The position numbers were made by a program, and so were the translations under genes. A stretch of DNA of 64,000 nucleotides from Myxococcota bacterium (lineage in GTDB: Bacteria > Myxococcota_A > UBA9160 > SZUA-336). Under the pieces are notes generated by a model. The model was not told the DNA's origin. It saw only the letters and a list, made by a program, of their open reading frames with translations, and did not search any database. The stretch is taken from NCBI GenBank assembly GCA_046754285.1, contig JBHHVJ010000001.1:5056-69055 (forward strand), in the 5' to 3' direction. Positions 34,624 to 43,040 of the stretch are shown piece by piece. The first letter of the stretch is position 1. Each line of letters starts with the position of its first letter.

Positions 34624-35355
34624 TCAGAAGCCGGCGAGCCGAAGCAGCGGGAGGGCCACCGCGAGGCGAGGCGAGACACGGAGCGCCTCGAGCTCCGCAC
34701 GCTGCCGGGCGTGCTCGAGGAAGCTCACGGGGCGCGAGCTGGCCAGCAGTCGAGTGAGCACCTCGAGGCGGCCCCGCAAGACCAATCGCACCGGCTCGAG
34801 TCCCGGAGGATCCGCCTTGGGCGATGCGGTGCGGAGCTCCGCACCCCGACCAAGGGCGGCCCCTCCGACCCGCACGATTCGGCCCGAGTGAAGCACCATG
34901 ACGAGCTTGATGCCCGGCATCTCCTCGCCGGCCCCAGCGATCACCAGCGCATACGCACCATCGGGCAGGAGGCGAAGAACCCCCGCCCGCAGAGGCGCGG
35001 GCAGACGACGCAGGCGTTCGAGCCATCCGAGCCAGGGCGGATCCGAGCACAGTGCACCGTCGAGCAGAGCGCGCCAGAGTGGCGCTCCACTCCGGAAGGC
35101 AGGGTGCTCGCCGTCGAGCATCACGATGCGGCTCACACCCGCGGCGACGTCGAGGCTCCGCAACGCCTTCGGCGCCGGGACGGGCAGAGCGGGCGGAAGA
35201 CCCGGGAGCGGTCCGTGATCGCTGCGTACGGCCTGCTGCAGCCGGCCGTCGCGGAGCAAGCCGATGAGACGGACCTCCTGAGCCGCGTGGCCGAGCACCA
35301 GCCGGCGCAGCACAGCGCCCGCCTCGGGACTGAGCTCGATTCTCGGCGTGCTCAC
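34624..35355 (-). CDS. hypothetical protein (no family recognised)
   Basis: High GC3 frame. GTGA start/stop overlap with the upstream GH35/42-like gene suggests co-translation. Confidence 0.5.
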   Translation of the reverse strand: MSTPRIELSPEAGAVLRRLVLGHAAQEVRLIGLLRDGRLQQAVRSDHGPLPGLPPALPVPAPKALRSLDVAAGVSRIVMLDGEHPAFRSGAPLWRALLDGALCSDPPWLGWLERLRRLPAPLRAGVLRLLPDGAYALVIAGAGEEMPGIKLVMVLHSGRIVRVGGAALGRGAELRTASPKADPPGLEPVRLVLRGRLEVLTRLLASSRPVSFLEHARQRAELEALRVSPRLAVALPLLRLAGF

Positions 35356-37430
35356 AGCTCGACCAGCTCGCGAAGCTGCACGCTTCGCGCCGGCAGCTCG
35401 AACGACTCGCCGGCAAGCAGATGCTGTCCCACACCGCGGACCTCCCGGAGCGCCTCACGGGGTGCGAGCGCGATCGTGACACGCAACAGGCGTTCAAGGG
35501 GGTTGGCCAGAAAGAGAAAGCGTCGCTCACCGCCGTGGTGCAGCTCTGTCTCCACACGCGGGTCGGACGCCGCGTAGCAGGGGCGGACATCGAACGGATC
35601 GAGCAGTGCCCGCACGACGTCCGCCAGGGCATCGTCCTTGACGTCGGGAGAGCGCCACGGCAGCCGGAAGCCAAAGTGAACGACTTGGCCGCGGCCCTGC
35701 GGAACCCTCACAGCGAGCGGCCCCGCCTCAGAGCCTATCACGGGCTCTCCCCCCTCGAGCACGTCGGCAGCCTCGATCTCGAGCGCACCGCAACGCGCAC
35801 GCTCGATCCGTGCTCGGGCGCGCATGGGAAACTCGAAGCCGAGCGCGCGGCCGCCCCAGTCGATGCGGGGCACGCGCGGTCCCAGAACGAGCCGACCCCC
35901 GGCCTCCACCCAGCGCCGCAGCCGGAGTGCGAGTGCGGGACTCATGCGTTCGCAGCTCGGCAGGATCGCCACACGCCAGCGCGAGAGCTCAGCCTCGGGA
36001 ATCGATGTGTCCGCAACCGAGAACGCGATCCCCGCCCGACACAGGCCGGTGAACAGACCCTCGAAGAGCGGCTCGTGCAGTGTCTCCATCGGATCCAGCA
36101 GCCCCAGCGGCCGTGGTCGCACGCGGAGGGCCTCCAGTGCCGACGGGGAGGCGAGGCTCGGGCTCAGTGCACCATGAGAGGCACAGGCTTCACGCAAGCG
36201 GCCCAGCTCGCGGTTGGCGAGCAGCAGGCAGTCACTGCGCCGCTCGAGACGCGCGTGATCGATCGCATCGAGCATGCGAAACAGACGCTGCCAACCCGAG
36301 CCCTCGGTCGGATCCCCACCGGGACCGAGCGGGGCCGAAAGCTCGCCGAGACCGTCGCACGCAAGCAATGTCTCGAGATCCAGCGCGCGCACGCCGCTCA
36401 TGGCGAGCACCGCGGCTGCTTCAGCTCCCGGCAGCGGAAGCTCGTCGCGACACCACGAACGCGTGGACGGGATCCCGAGCACGGCGGCCAGAGGTGCGTG
36501 CGCGGACGCCCGCAGACCCAGGCGGCGCAGCCTGGAGAAGCTGGCGCGAGCCGCATCACCGAGAACGAAGCTCACGCCCTGAGCGTGCGACGCCCAGGCA
36601 TCCGCACCGCAGCCGGGTGGATCGTCGTGCACGGCCTCGATCAGAGCGCCGTCGGCTTCGCTCTGCGCGCGGGCGAGCGCGGCACGGCCGACGATCTCGC
36701 GGTGGAGCAGCTCCCCCGCCTCGACCCAGGCGAGCGCACCCTCCAAGTCCTCGGGACCCTCCGGTCCGGTCAGCGGGGGTGCCCCGGTCGGTGCGCCACC
36801 CTGCGGGAACTTCACGCTCAGAAAGCGGGCGTGGAAGGCGAGGGACTCGGGTGCGCGGTCGAGCATTCCCCCACCCCGAACCGGCCTGCGCGAGCCGGGT
36901 CCGGATGCGATCCAGCCGACGACGGGCCCACGGGGCGGGGCGTACGACGCGAAACGCTTCGCGACCGCCTCGAGCCAGACGCAGGACTCGTGTCGCAGCT
37001 GATCCGACGCCGGGGACAAGAGGCCAGGCTCCGGACCTCCGACACCGCGCGCGCGGACGTGGGCGAGAGCGAGAAGGCGGCGCGGGACGCCGTCGCCCGA
37101 CCGCACCCCCGAACCGAGCCAGGGAGCCGGCCGAAGAACCACGAGCAGCCCCCGTGCGTGTGCGATCTCGAGCAGCCGCGGCACGTCGAGGAGCGGATTC
37201 TGCTCGCCCCAGTCGAGCTGCCCGGGAGTGATCTCGTGCCGAGCCCACGACAGGTCCAGCCGCAGCAAGCGGATGCCGAGGCTCGCGGCTCCGTCCACGC
37301 AGGCCTCCCAGCGGGCCGGCGCGATCTCCCAGTACGGCAGACCCGCGGAGCGCCACGGCACGTGGCATCCATCGGTGTCGATTCCGTGGGGGCTCAGGCG
37401 AACCCCGCGGCGTGGACCGCGATCGCTCAT
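35352..37430 (-). CDS. GH35/GH42 beta-galactosidase-like TIM-barrel protein (possibly non-catalytic)
   Basis: 'LPYWEIAPARWEACVDGAASLGIRLLRLDLSWARHEITPGQLDWG...LLEIAHARGLLVVLRPAPW' follows the GH35/42 N-terminal pattern. The expected 'NE' acid/base site appears to read 'GWIASGPG'. Confidence 0.55.
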   Translation of the reverse strand: MSDRGPRRGVRLSPHGIDTDGCHVPWRSAGLPYWEIAPARWEACVDGAASLGIRLLRLDLSWARHEITPGQLDWGEQNPLLDVPRLLEIAHARGLLVVLRPAPWLGSGVRSGDGVPRRLLALAHVRARGVGGPEPGLLSPASDQLRHESCVWLEAVAKRFASYAPPRGPVVGWIASGPGSRRPVRGGGMLDRAPESLAFHARFLSVKFPQGGAPTGAPPLTGPEGPEDLEGALAWVEAGELLHREIVGRAALARAQSEADGALIEAVHDDPPGCGADAWASHAQGVSFVLGDAARASFSRLRRLGLRASAHAPLAAVLGIPSTRSWCRDELPLPGAEAAAVLAMSGVRALDLETLLACDGLGELSAPLGPGGDPTEGSGWQRLFRMLDAIDHARLERRSDCLLLANRELGRLREACASHGALSPSLASPSALEALRVRPRPLGLLDPMETLHEPLFEGLFTGLCRAGIAFSVADTSIPEAELSRWRVAILPSCERMSPALALRLRRWVEAGGRLVLGPRVPRIDWGGRALGFEFPMRARARIERARCGALEIEAADVLEGGEPVIGSEAGPLAVRVPQGRGQVVHFGFRLPWRSPDVKDDALADVVRALLDPFDVRPCYAASDPRVETELHHGGERRFLFLANPLERLLRVTIALAPREALREVRGVGQHLLAGESFELPARSVQLRELVEL

Positions 37431-37508
37431 GGGCGCTCACCTTCCGCACCCACGCTACCACAGCGACCCGATGCGCAGCGCGAGAGGGGGCACTACCCTG
37501 GGCGCGCT

Positions 37509-38768
37509 TTGGCCGATGCCCTCCCTGAGATTCGCTGCCGCGTTCCGGGTCCGCACTCGCGGGCCCTGACGGACCGCCTGGCCGGGGTCGAATGCCCGGA
37601 GGTCACCTGCCTCACGCAGCCCACCGTCTTTTGGGAGCGCGCCACGGGGTCGAACGTGATCGACGTGGACGGCAATCGCTACGTCGACCTGGTTGCGGGG
37701 TTCGGTGTGGCCGCACTCGGCTATGCGCATCCGGAGCTGAGCGCCGTCGCCGCGGAGCAGGCGGCCACGCTGCCCCACGCGATGGGCGACGTCCACCCGG
37801 CGCGCGTCAAGGTCGAGCTGCTCGAGCGACTCCGCGGCGTCCTGCCGAATGGGCTCGACTCCACCCTCCTCTCCTCATCGGGCTCGGACGCGGTCGAGAG
37901 CGCGTTGAAGACGGCGCTGGTGGTAAACGGAAGACCGGACGTGCTGGCCTTTGAGGGCGCATACCATGGACTGGGCCTGGGCGCCCTCGACGTCACACAC
38001 GCCGAGCGCTTTCGCCGTCCCTTCCTCGCGCGGCTGCCGAGCCGAACCCACTTCGTCCCCTATGGCGATGACGCGGCCGCGCGACGGCTCGCCACCCTTG
38101 TACCGCTCGGGGCGATTCTGGTGGAGCCGATCCAGGGACGCGGCGGGATCCGGGTACCACCCGATGGCTTTCTCACGGCCCTGCGCGAGATCGCAGACCA
38201 GACGGGAGCCCTGCTGATCGCGGACGAAGTGTACACGGGTCTATGTCGAACCGGACCCTGGCTGGCCTGCGAGCACGAGAGCGTGGTCCCCGATCTGGTC
38301 ACGCTGGGGAAGGGCCTCGGGGCGGGCTTTCCGATCTCGGCCTGCGTGGGCAGGAGCGAGATCATGAGCTGCTGGGAGCCTTCGCGGGGCGACGCGATCC
38401 ACACCAGCACCCATCTGGGCAATCCGTTGGGATGCGCACTGGGCCTGCGCGTGCTCGAGATCCTCGAGCGAGAGCGAATCCACGAACGTGTCGCCGGCCT
38501 CGGCGCACATCTTCGCGACCGGCTCGAGAGCGAGGTCCGCAAGCGGCCCGGCGTACGCGACGTGCGAGGGCGCGGACTGATGCACGGGATCGAGCTGGAG
38601 GACCCCAAGCGGGCCGCCGCCATCGTGCACGAGGCCCTGCGACGCGGCTGGATCCTGCTCGCCGACGGGCCGCGCGCCAGCGTGCTCACGCTCACACCCC
38701 CGCTCACGATCGCCGAGCCCGTGCTCGACGCGGCCGTCGATCTGCTTCTGGAGCTGCTGGACGGATGA
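37509..38768 (+). CDS. class-III (omega) PLP-dependent aminotransferase
   Basis: 'DVDGNRYVDLVAGFGVAALGYAHPEL', 'SSGSDAVESALK', 'ADEVYTGLCRTG' and 'DLVTLGKGLGAGFP' (PLP Lys). TTG 37509 is the only in-frame start upstream of the conserved core. Confidence 0.85.
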   Translation: MADALPEIRCRVPGPHSRALTDRLAGVECPEVTCLTQPTVFWERATGSNVIDVDGNRYVDLVAGFGVAALGYAHPELSAVAAEQAATLPHAMGDVHPARVKVELLERLRGVLPNGLDSTLLSSSGSDAVESALKTALVVNGRPDVLAFEGAYHGLGLGALDVTHAERFRRPFLARLPSRTHFVPYGDDAAARRLATLVPLGAILVEPIQGRGGIRVPPDGFLTALREIADQTGALLIADEVYTGLCRTGPWLACEHESVVPDLVTLGKGLGAGFPISACVGRSEIMSCWEPSRGDAIHTSTHLGNPLGCALGLRVLEILERERIHERVAGLGAHLRDRLESEVRKRPGVRDVRGRGLMHGIELEDPKRAAAIVHEALRRGWILLADGPRASVLTLTPPLTIAEPVLDAAVDLLLELLDG

Positions 38769-39844
38769 GCCGAGACGAGCTCGATCAGGCGGTTCAGATC
38801 TGGATCCGAGAAGGAGCCGAAGGGCCCCTCGACGAGCCGAGGTTCGAGGCTCTTGCGCTGGCGCTCTTCGCGTATCAACACGAGCACAATGCGCCGTACC
38901 GCAGGCTCTGCGAGACGGTCGGCATCGACGATCCCCGACGCGTCGAATGCTGGCAGGACATTCCAGCCGTACCGACGGGCGCCTTCAAGGAAGCGCGCCT
39001 GGCTTGCTTTCCTCCCGATCGTCGCCTGCGCGTGTTCCGCACGAGTGGCAGCACGACGGAGCGTCGGGGTGAGCTGCATCTCGACACACTCGATCTCTAC
39101 GAGGCGTCCCTGCGCTCAACCTTTGGACAGTACGTGCTCGGCGGGCCCAGCCGGATGCGGATCCTCGTGCTCGCTCCTCCCGCAGAGGAGGCTCCCGACT
39201 CATCCCTCTCACACATGTTTCACATCGCCTGCCGAGATCTCGGCACGGCCGCGAGTCGGTTCTACGTGCGTGGACACGGATGGGATCCGGACGCTCTGAT
39301 CGGGGATCTGGCTGAGGTGGACGAGTCGGTCGCGCTGGTGGGCACGGCCTTCGCATTCGTGCATCTGCTCGATGAGCTCGAGGCTCGGGGTCTTCGGCTC
39401 ACGCTCCCCGTCGGGAGCCGCGCCATGGAGACGGGTGGGTTCAAAGGACGCTCGCGTGAGCTCAGCCGCGAGGAGTTGCACGGTGGCATCGCCAAGGCTC
39501 TCGGTCTCCCGCGCCATGCGATCGTCAACCAGTACGGCATGTGTGAGCTCGCAAGCCAGTTCTACGAGCCGAGCCTGCTGCTGGGCCACGTCACGACCGT
39601 CAAGCGGGTACCGCCCTGGGTCCGCACGCGCGTCGTGGACGCCGCCACCCTGCAGGATCGGCCGCGGGGCGAGCCGGGCGTGCTGGTCCACTACGACCTG
39701 GCCAACACGGGATCCGTGCTCGCGGTCCAGACGTCGGATCTGGGGCGACGGCGGGACGATGGCTTCGAGATCCTGGGACGTCTGCCGGGGGCAGAGCAGC
39801 GCGGCTGTTCGATCGCGGCGGATGCGCTGCTCGCGCTGCGATGA
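38765..39844 (+). CDS. LuxE-like acyl-protein synthetase (long-chain fatty acid activating enzyme)
   Basis: 'FRTSGSTTERRGELHLD' is an adenylating P-loop-like segment. 'METGGFKGRSRELSREEL'. ATGA overlap with the aminotransferase stop. Confidence 0.75.
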   Translation: MSRDELDQAVQIWIREGAEGPLDEPRFEALALALFAYQHEHNAPYRRLCETVGIDDPRRVECWQDIPAVPTGAFKEARLACFPPDRRLRVFRTSGSTTERRGELHLDTLDLYEASLRSTFGQYVLGGPSRMRILVLAPPAEEAPDSSLSHMFHIACRDLGTAASRFYVRGHGWDPDALIGDLAEVDESVALVGTAFAFVHLLDELEARGLRLTLPVGSRAMETGGFKGRSRELSREELHGGIAKALGLPRHAIVNQYGMCELASQFYEPSLLLGHVTTVKRVPPWVRTRVVDAATLQDRPRGEPGVLVHYDLANTGSVLAVQTSDLGRRRDDGFEILGRLPGAEQRGCSIAADALLALR

Positions 39845-41016
39845 ACACACCGTCCTCTCTCACGGATCTCCGGGAGGCAGCGGGGCGCCTCGATCCCGAC
39901 CGCGTCGGCAGCGCGCTCGCGAGCGGCCTCGATCTCTGGCGGGCGGCGGACTCTCCCTGGCTCGCCCGACTCGCACGAGCGCATCCCGTCTACTCGGCGG
40001 CCGTGTTGGAGCGCGGCGTACGGATGGGCGTACAGGCCTGGTCCGCCCAGGCACTGCGTCAGCTCGCGACCGATGCAGCGAGACGGGGTGGGCCGGCGCC
40101 CGGGCTCACGGCGGTCTGGCTCGCGGGCTCCATCCCCACCGCGAGCTTCCACGCGCTCCTGCTTCCGTTGCTGGCCGGCTCCGCCGTCTACGGCCGACCG
40201 TCATCGCACGACCCCGCGAGCGCGCGGCTCTTCACCGCCTCACTTCGTGCGGTGGACCCGGGCGTCGCGGACGCGCTCGAGGTGGGGCGCGACGACACGC
40301 TGCTGGATCAAGCCGACGCGCTGGTCGCTTACGGATCCAATGAGACGATCGAGAGTCTGCGCGGGCGGGCGCCGGCGGGATGCCTCTTCGTGGGCTACGG
40401 ACACAAGCTCTCCGCCGCGGCCGTCGGACCTGCTGCGGATCTGGAGAGCGCCGCCACCGCGGTGGCCCTCGATGCGGCCCTCTTCGACGGGCGGGGATGC
40501 CTCTCCCCAGCGTATGTGTTCGTGGCTCAGGATCCGCAGGGACGCGCGGATCGTTTCGCGGAGCATCTGGCCGACGCGCTTGGGGCGCTGACCGAGACGC
40601 TCCCGCGCGGAGCCCTCTCCGCGACGGAGCAGGTCGCCCTACGCGAGCGCTGGGCGCGGGAGGCGCTGCGGGAGGGGGCGCGCGTGCTCTCACCCGTTCC
40701 ACGCACCGACTGGGCCGTCCTGCTCGCCCCGGCTGGGACCTGGCCCGAGCCCGGCCTGCTTCGCTTCGTGCCGGTGCTGCCCGTGCGAGATCTCGACGAG
40801 CTCGGCACCTGCTGCGCGCAGCTCCATCCGCACCTATCCTCGCTGGCACACGTGGGCTGGGAGGCGGGCGCGGATGAGCTCGAGAAGATCGTGAGACGCG
40901 GCGGCGGTGCGCGGTGCTGCGCACCGGGCCGCTTGCAGGCCCCGCCGCTCGACTGGCGGCAGGACGAGCGGGAGCCGCTCCCGCTCTTGCTACGCAAGCC
41001 GAGGACGACTGCATGA
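39841..41016 (+). CDS. LuxC-like acyl-CoA (acyl-protein) reductase
   Basis: 'LVAYGSNETIESL' and 'FDGRGCLSPAYVFV' (candidate catalytic Cys context, compare LuxC 'DQxACSSP'). ATGA overlap on both sides. Confidence 0.75.
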   Translation: MNTPSSLTDLREAAGRLDPDRVGSALASGLDLWRAADSPWLARLARAHPVYSAAVLERGVRMGVQAWSAQALRQLATDAARRGGPAPGLTAVWLAGSIPTASFHALLLPLLAGSAVYGRPSSHDPASARLFTASLRAVDPGVADALEVGRDDTLLDQADALVAYGSNETIESLRGRAPAGCLFVGYGHKLSAAAVGPAADLESAATAVALDAALFDGRGCLSPAYVFVAQDPQGRADRFAEHLADALGALTETLPRGALSATEQVALRERWAREALREGARVLSPVPRTDWAVLLAPAGTWPEPGLLRFVPVLPVRDLDELGTCCAQLHPHLSSLAHVGWEAGADELEKIVRRGGGARCCAPGRLQAPPLDWRQDEREPLPLLLRKPRTTA

Positions 41017-41483
41017 ACGAGCCTGGAGACGGCCCGCTCGACCGGCCGGCGGTGATGACGCACGTCGCTGTGCGCTGCCGGGACCTCGACGCTTCGCGCC
41101 GCTTCTACCAGCGTTATGCGGGACTCCACCTCGTTCACGAGCGCTGCGACGATCAGGTTCGCGTGATCTGGCTGTCCCACCGGGAGAGGAATCCCGAGTT
41201 CGTGATCGTGCTCCTGGAGATGCCGCACACCGACCCGAGTGAGCCGGGCGCAACGGATCACCTCGGGTTCGCCGTCCGCTCACGCGACGAGGTCGATCGC
41301 ATCGCAGCCCTCGCGAGGGAGGAGGGCCACCTCAAGCTCGGCCCCACCGACGGGGGCCCGATTGTCGGCTACTTCGTCATGGTCCGGGATCCGAGCGGAA
41401 ACACCTGCGAGTTCTCTTACGGACAGCCCATCCCCCCGCCCGAGAGCGTGCGACCCCACGGCCCTCAGCCGTCGAACGGGTAG
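41013..41483 (+). CDS. VOC-family (glyoxalase/bleomycin-resistance/dioxygenase fold) protein
   Basis: 'MTHVAVRCRDLDASRRFYQRYAGLHLV', 'DHLGFAV' and 'GYFVMVRDPSGNTCEF'. Confidence 0.8.
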   Translation: MNEPGDGPLDRPAVMTHVAVRCRDLDASRRFYQRYAGLHLVHERCDDQVRVIWLSHRERNPEFVIVLLEMPHTDPSEPGATDHLGFAVRSRDEVDRIAALAREEGHLKLGPTDGGPIVGYFVMVRDPSGNTCEFSYGQPIPPPESVRPHGPQPSNG

Positions 41484-43018
41484 AGCGTCCCCAGCAGCCA
41501 GCCGAGCCAGAGCGCCTGAAGCACAGCGCTGGCCCAGGGGCCACGGGTCCGGCACGCCAGACGCTGGGCCAGCGGCTCGAGCAGCAGCAGCGCCGGCAGG
41601 AGCACCGGGATCACGCCTGGCGGGCGGGACAGAACCACACCGAATCGTGTAGAAGCCCAGAGCACGAGGAGCGTGAGCCCCTTGCCAGCCAAGGGCGCCC
41701 AGCCGCGGCCCGGAGCCCGCAGAAGAGTCTCGAGCGCCACCAGGTAGGGGAGCAGCAAAAGCACCGTGGCTGCGCAGCCCACGAGCTGCGCGGCCGAGGG
41801 CCAGAGACGGGCGAACGGAATCGCGGCGCTCCCGATTCCCGTGTAAGCCGCGCTGAAGAGCAGCGCGCCCAGTCCCAGGTCACGGAGCTCAGGCCGAGTG
41901 GGAGCCGCGAGACGGCGTCGTGCCAGAAGGACGCCACAGAGGGCCGCACCACAGACCCCGAGCCACGCGAGCACCCCCCGCAGTCCCCGGAGCGGGACGA
42001 AGGCGAGGAGCCCGGGGCCAGACGCGAAGACCAGAGGCAGCGCCCCGAGCAGTGCAGCCGCGAACCCAGCCAACGCGGGCCAGGGGGGCCCCAAGCGCGG
42101 GGGCAAGGCTGCAGCCTCGGTGGGTGCACGGAGCCCGAGCAGGCCCCAGAGCAGCGCGAACGACGCGAGCATCCCGAGAACGCTCCAGCCCAGGAGCGAG
42201 CCGCGTGCTCGCGACGGAGTCGGCCGTGCACCATCGCCGATCGTGAGCGCGAGCCAGGCGAGCATCGCATCCGTACACGTTCTCGTGTAAGCCAGACCGA
42301 ACCCACCGGGCAGCGGAGCCGCGACCTCGGACAGGTGCACGGCGGTCCCGCGCGCCACCTCCCCATAGGTGCGGCCCAGCACCAGACGCTCGAGCTCCGC
42401 CACCTCGGCGCCGATCGCACGAAAGCGCGCCCGCCGAGCGTCCGCATCTCCCGAGCTCCAGATCAGCAGCAGGTTGGGCACGGGGTAGGGACCCGGTGGC
42501 GAGATGGCCCCGCCCACCGCGATCACGGCCGCCACGGCCGGATCGCGTCCCGCGTAGGCGAGGGCGAGCTCGCCGCCCAGACCGTGTCCGGCCAGCGCGA
42601 TCCGCCCCGCGTCGAACGGAGAACGGGTCCGCGCATACAGCACGACCCGATCGAGGTCGTCGAGCAGCACATCGCTGACGACGGGATCGCCGTGAGGAAA
42701 CGGCAGGCGGTTCGCTCCGTGACCGCGCAGATCGGGAGCCACGACAGCGTAGCCCGCATCGGCGAGGCGCCGCGCCTCGTCCGCCAAGATCCCCGCACCG
42801 CGCGCGAAGTCGTGCACGAGCACGACGACCGGCCAACGGCTGCGGCCCGCCGGGTCGAGCTGCGGGTTGGTGCTGTGGCGTGGCTCGTACACGACGGTGG
42901 GGATCGAGCCGTCGATCTCGACATCGTGGCGACGGACGGTACGGGTTCCGAGCCCGATCGCGATCCAGGCCGCGATGAGCGACAGCGCGGCGAGGCCGTA
43001 AAGGATCCGGGCCAGCAC
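41465..43018 (-). CDS. alpha/beta hydrolase fused to a C-terminal polytopic membrane domain
   Basis: N-terminal TM helix. 'VVVLVHDFARGAGI...GYAVVAPDLRGHGAN'. Nucleophile elbow 'LAGHGLGGELAL'. About 250 residues of repeated hydrophobic helices follow. Confidence 0.7.
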   Translation of the reverse strand: MLARILYGLAALSLIAAWIAIGLGTRTVRRHDVEIDGSIPTVVYEPRHSTNPQLDPAGRSRWPVVVLVHDFARGAGILADEARRLADAGYAVVAPDLRGHGANRLPFPHGDPVVSDVLLDDLDRVVLYARTRSPFDAGRIALAGHGLGGELALAYAGRDPAVAAVIAVGGAISPPGPYPVPNLLLIWSSGDADARRARFRAIGAEVAELERLVLGRTYGEVARGTAVHLSEVAAPLPGGFGLAYTRTCTDAMLAWLALTIGDGARPTPSRARGSLLGWSVLGMLASFALLWGLLGLRAPTEAAALPPRLGPPWPALAGFAAALLGALPLVFASGPGLLAFVPLRGLRGVLAWLGVCGAALCGVLLARRRLAAPTRPELRDLGLGALLFSAAYTGIGSAAIPFARLWPSAAQLVGCAATVLLLLPYLVALETLLRAPGRGWAPLAGKGLTLLVLWASTRFGVVLSRPPGVIPVLLPALLLLEPLAQRLACRTRGPWASAVLQALWLGWLLGTLYPFDG

Positions 43019-43040
43019 ACGCGCATGCTAGCATCTTGGC

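Noticed and set aside
35421-37508. The 5' two-thirds of the 1115-aa plus-strand ORF 35421..38768.
   Set aside because: It is antisense to the GH35/42-like gene. The translation is Arg/Ala/Gly/Pro-rich with no recognisable domain. Only the last 419 codons, from TTG 37509, look like a real protein (the aminotransferase). This is a typical stop-poor shadow ORF in high-GC DNA.
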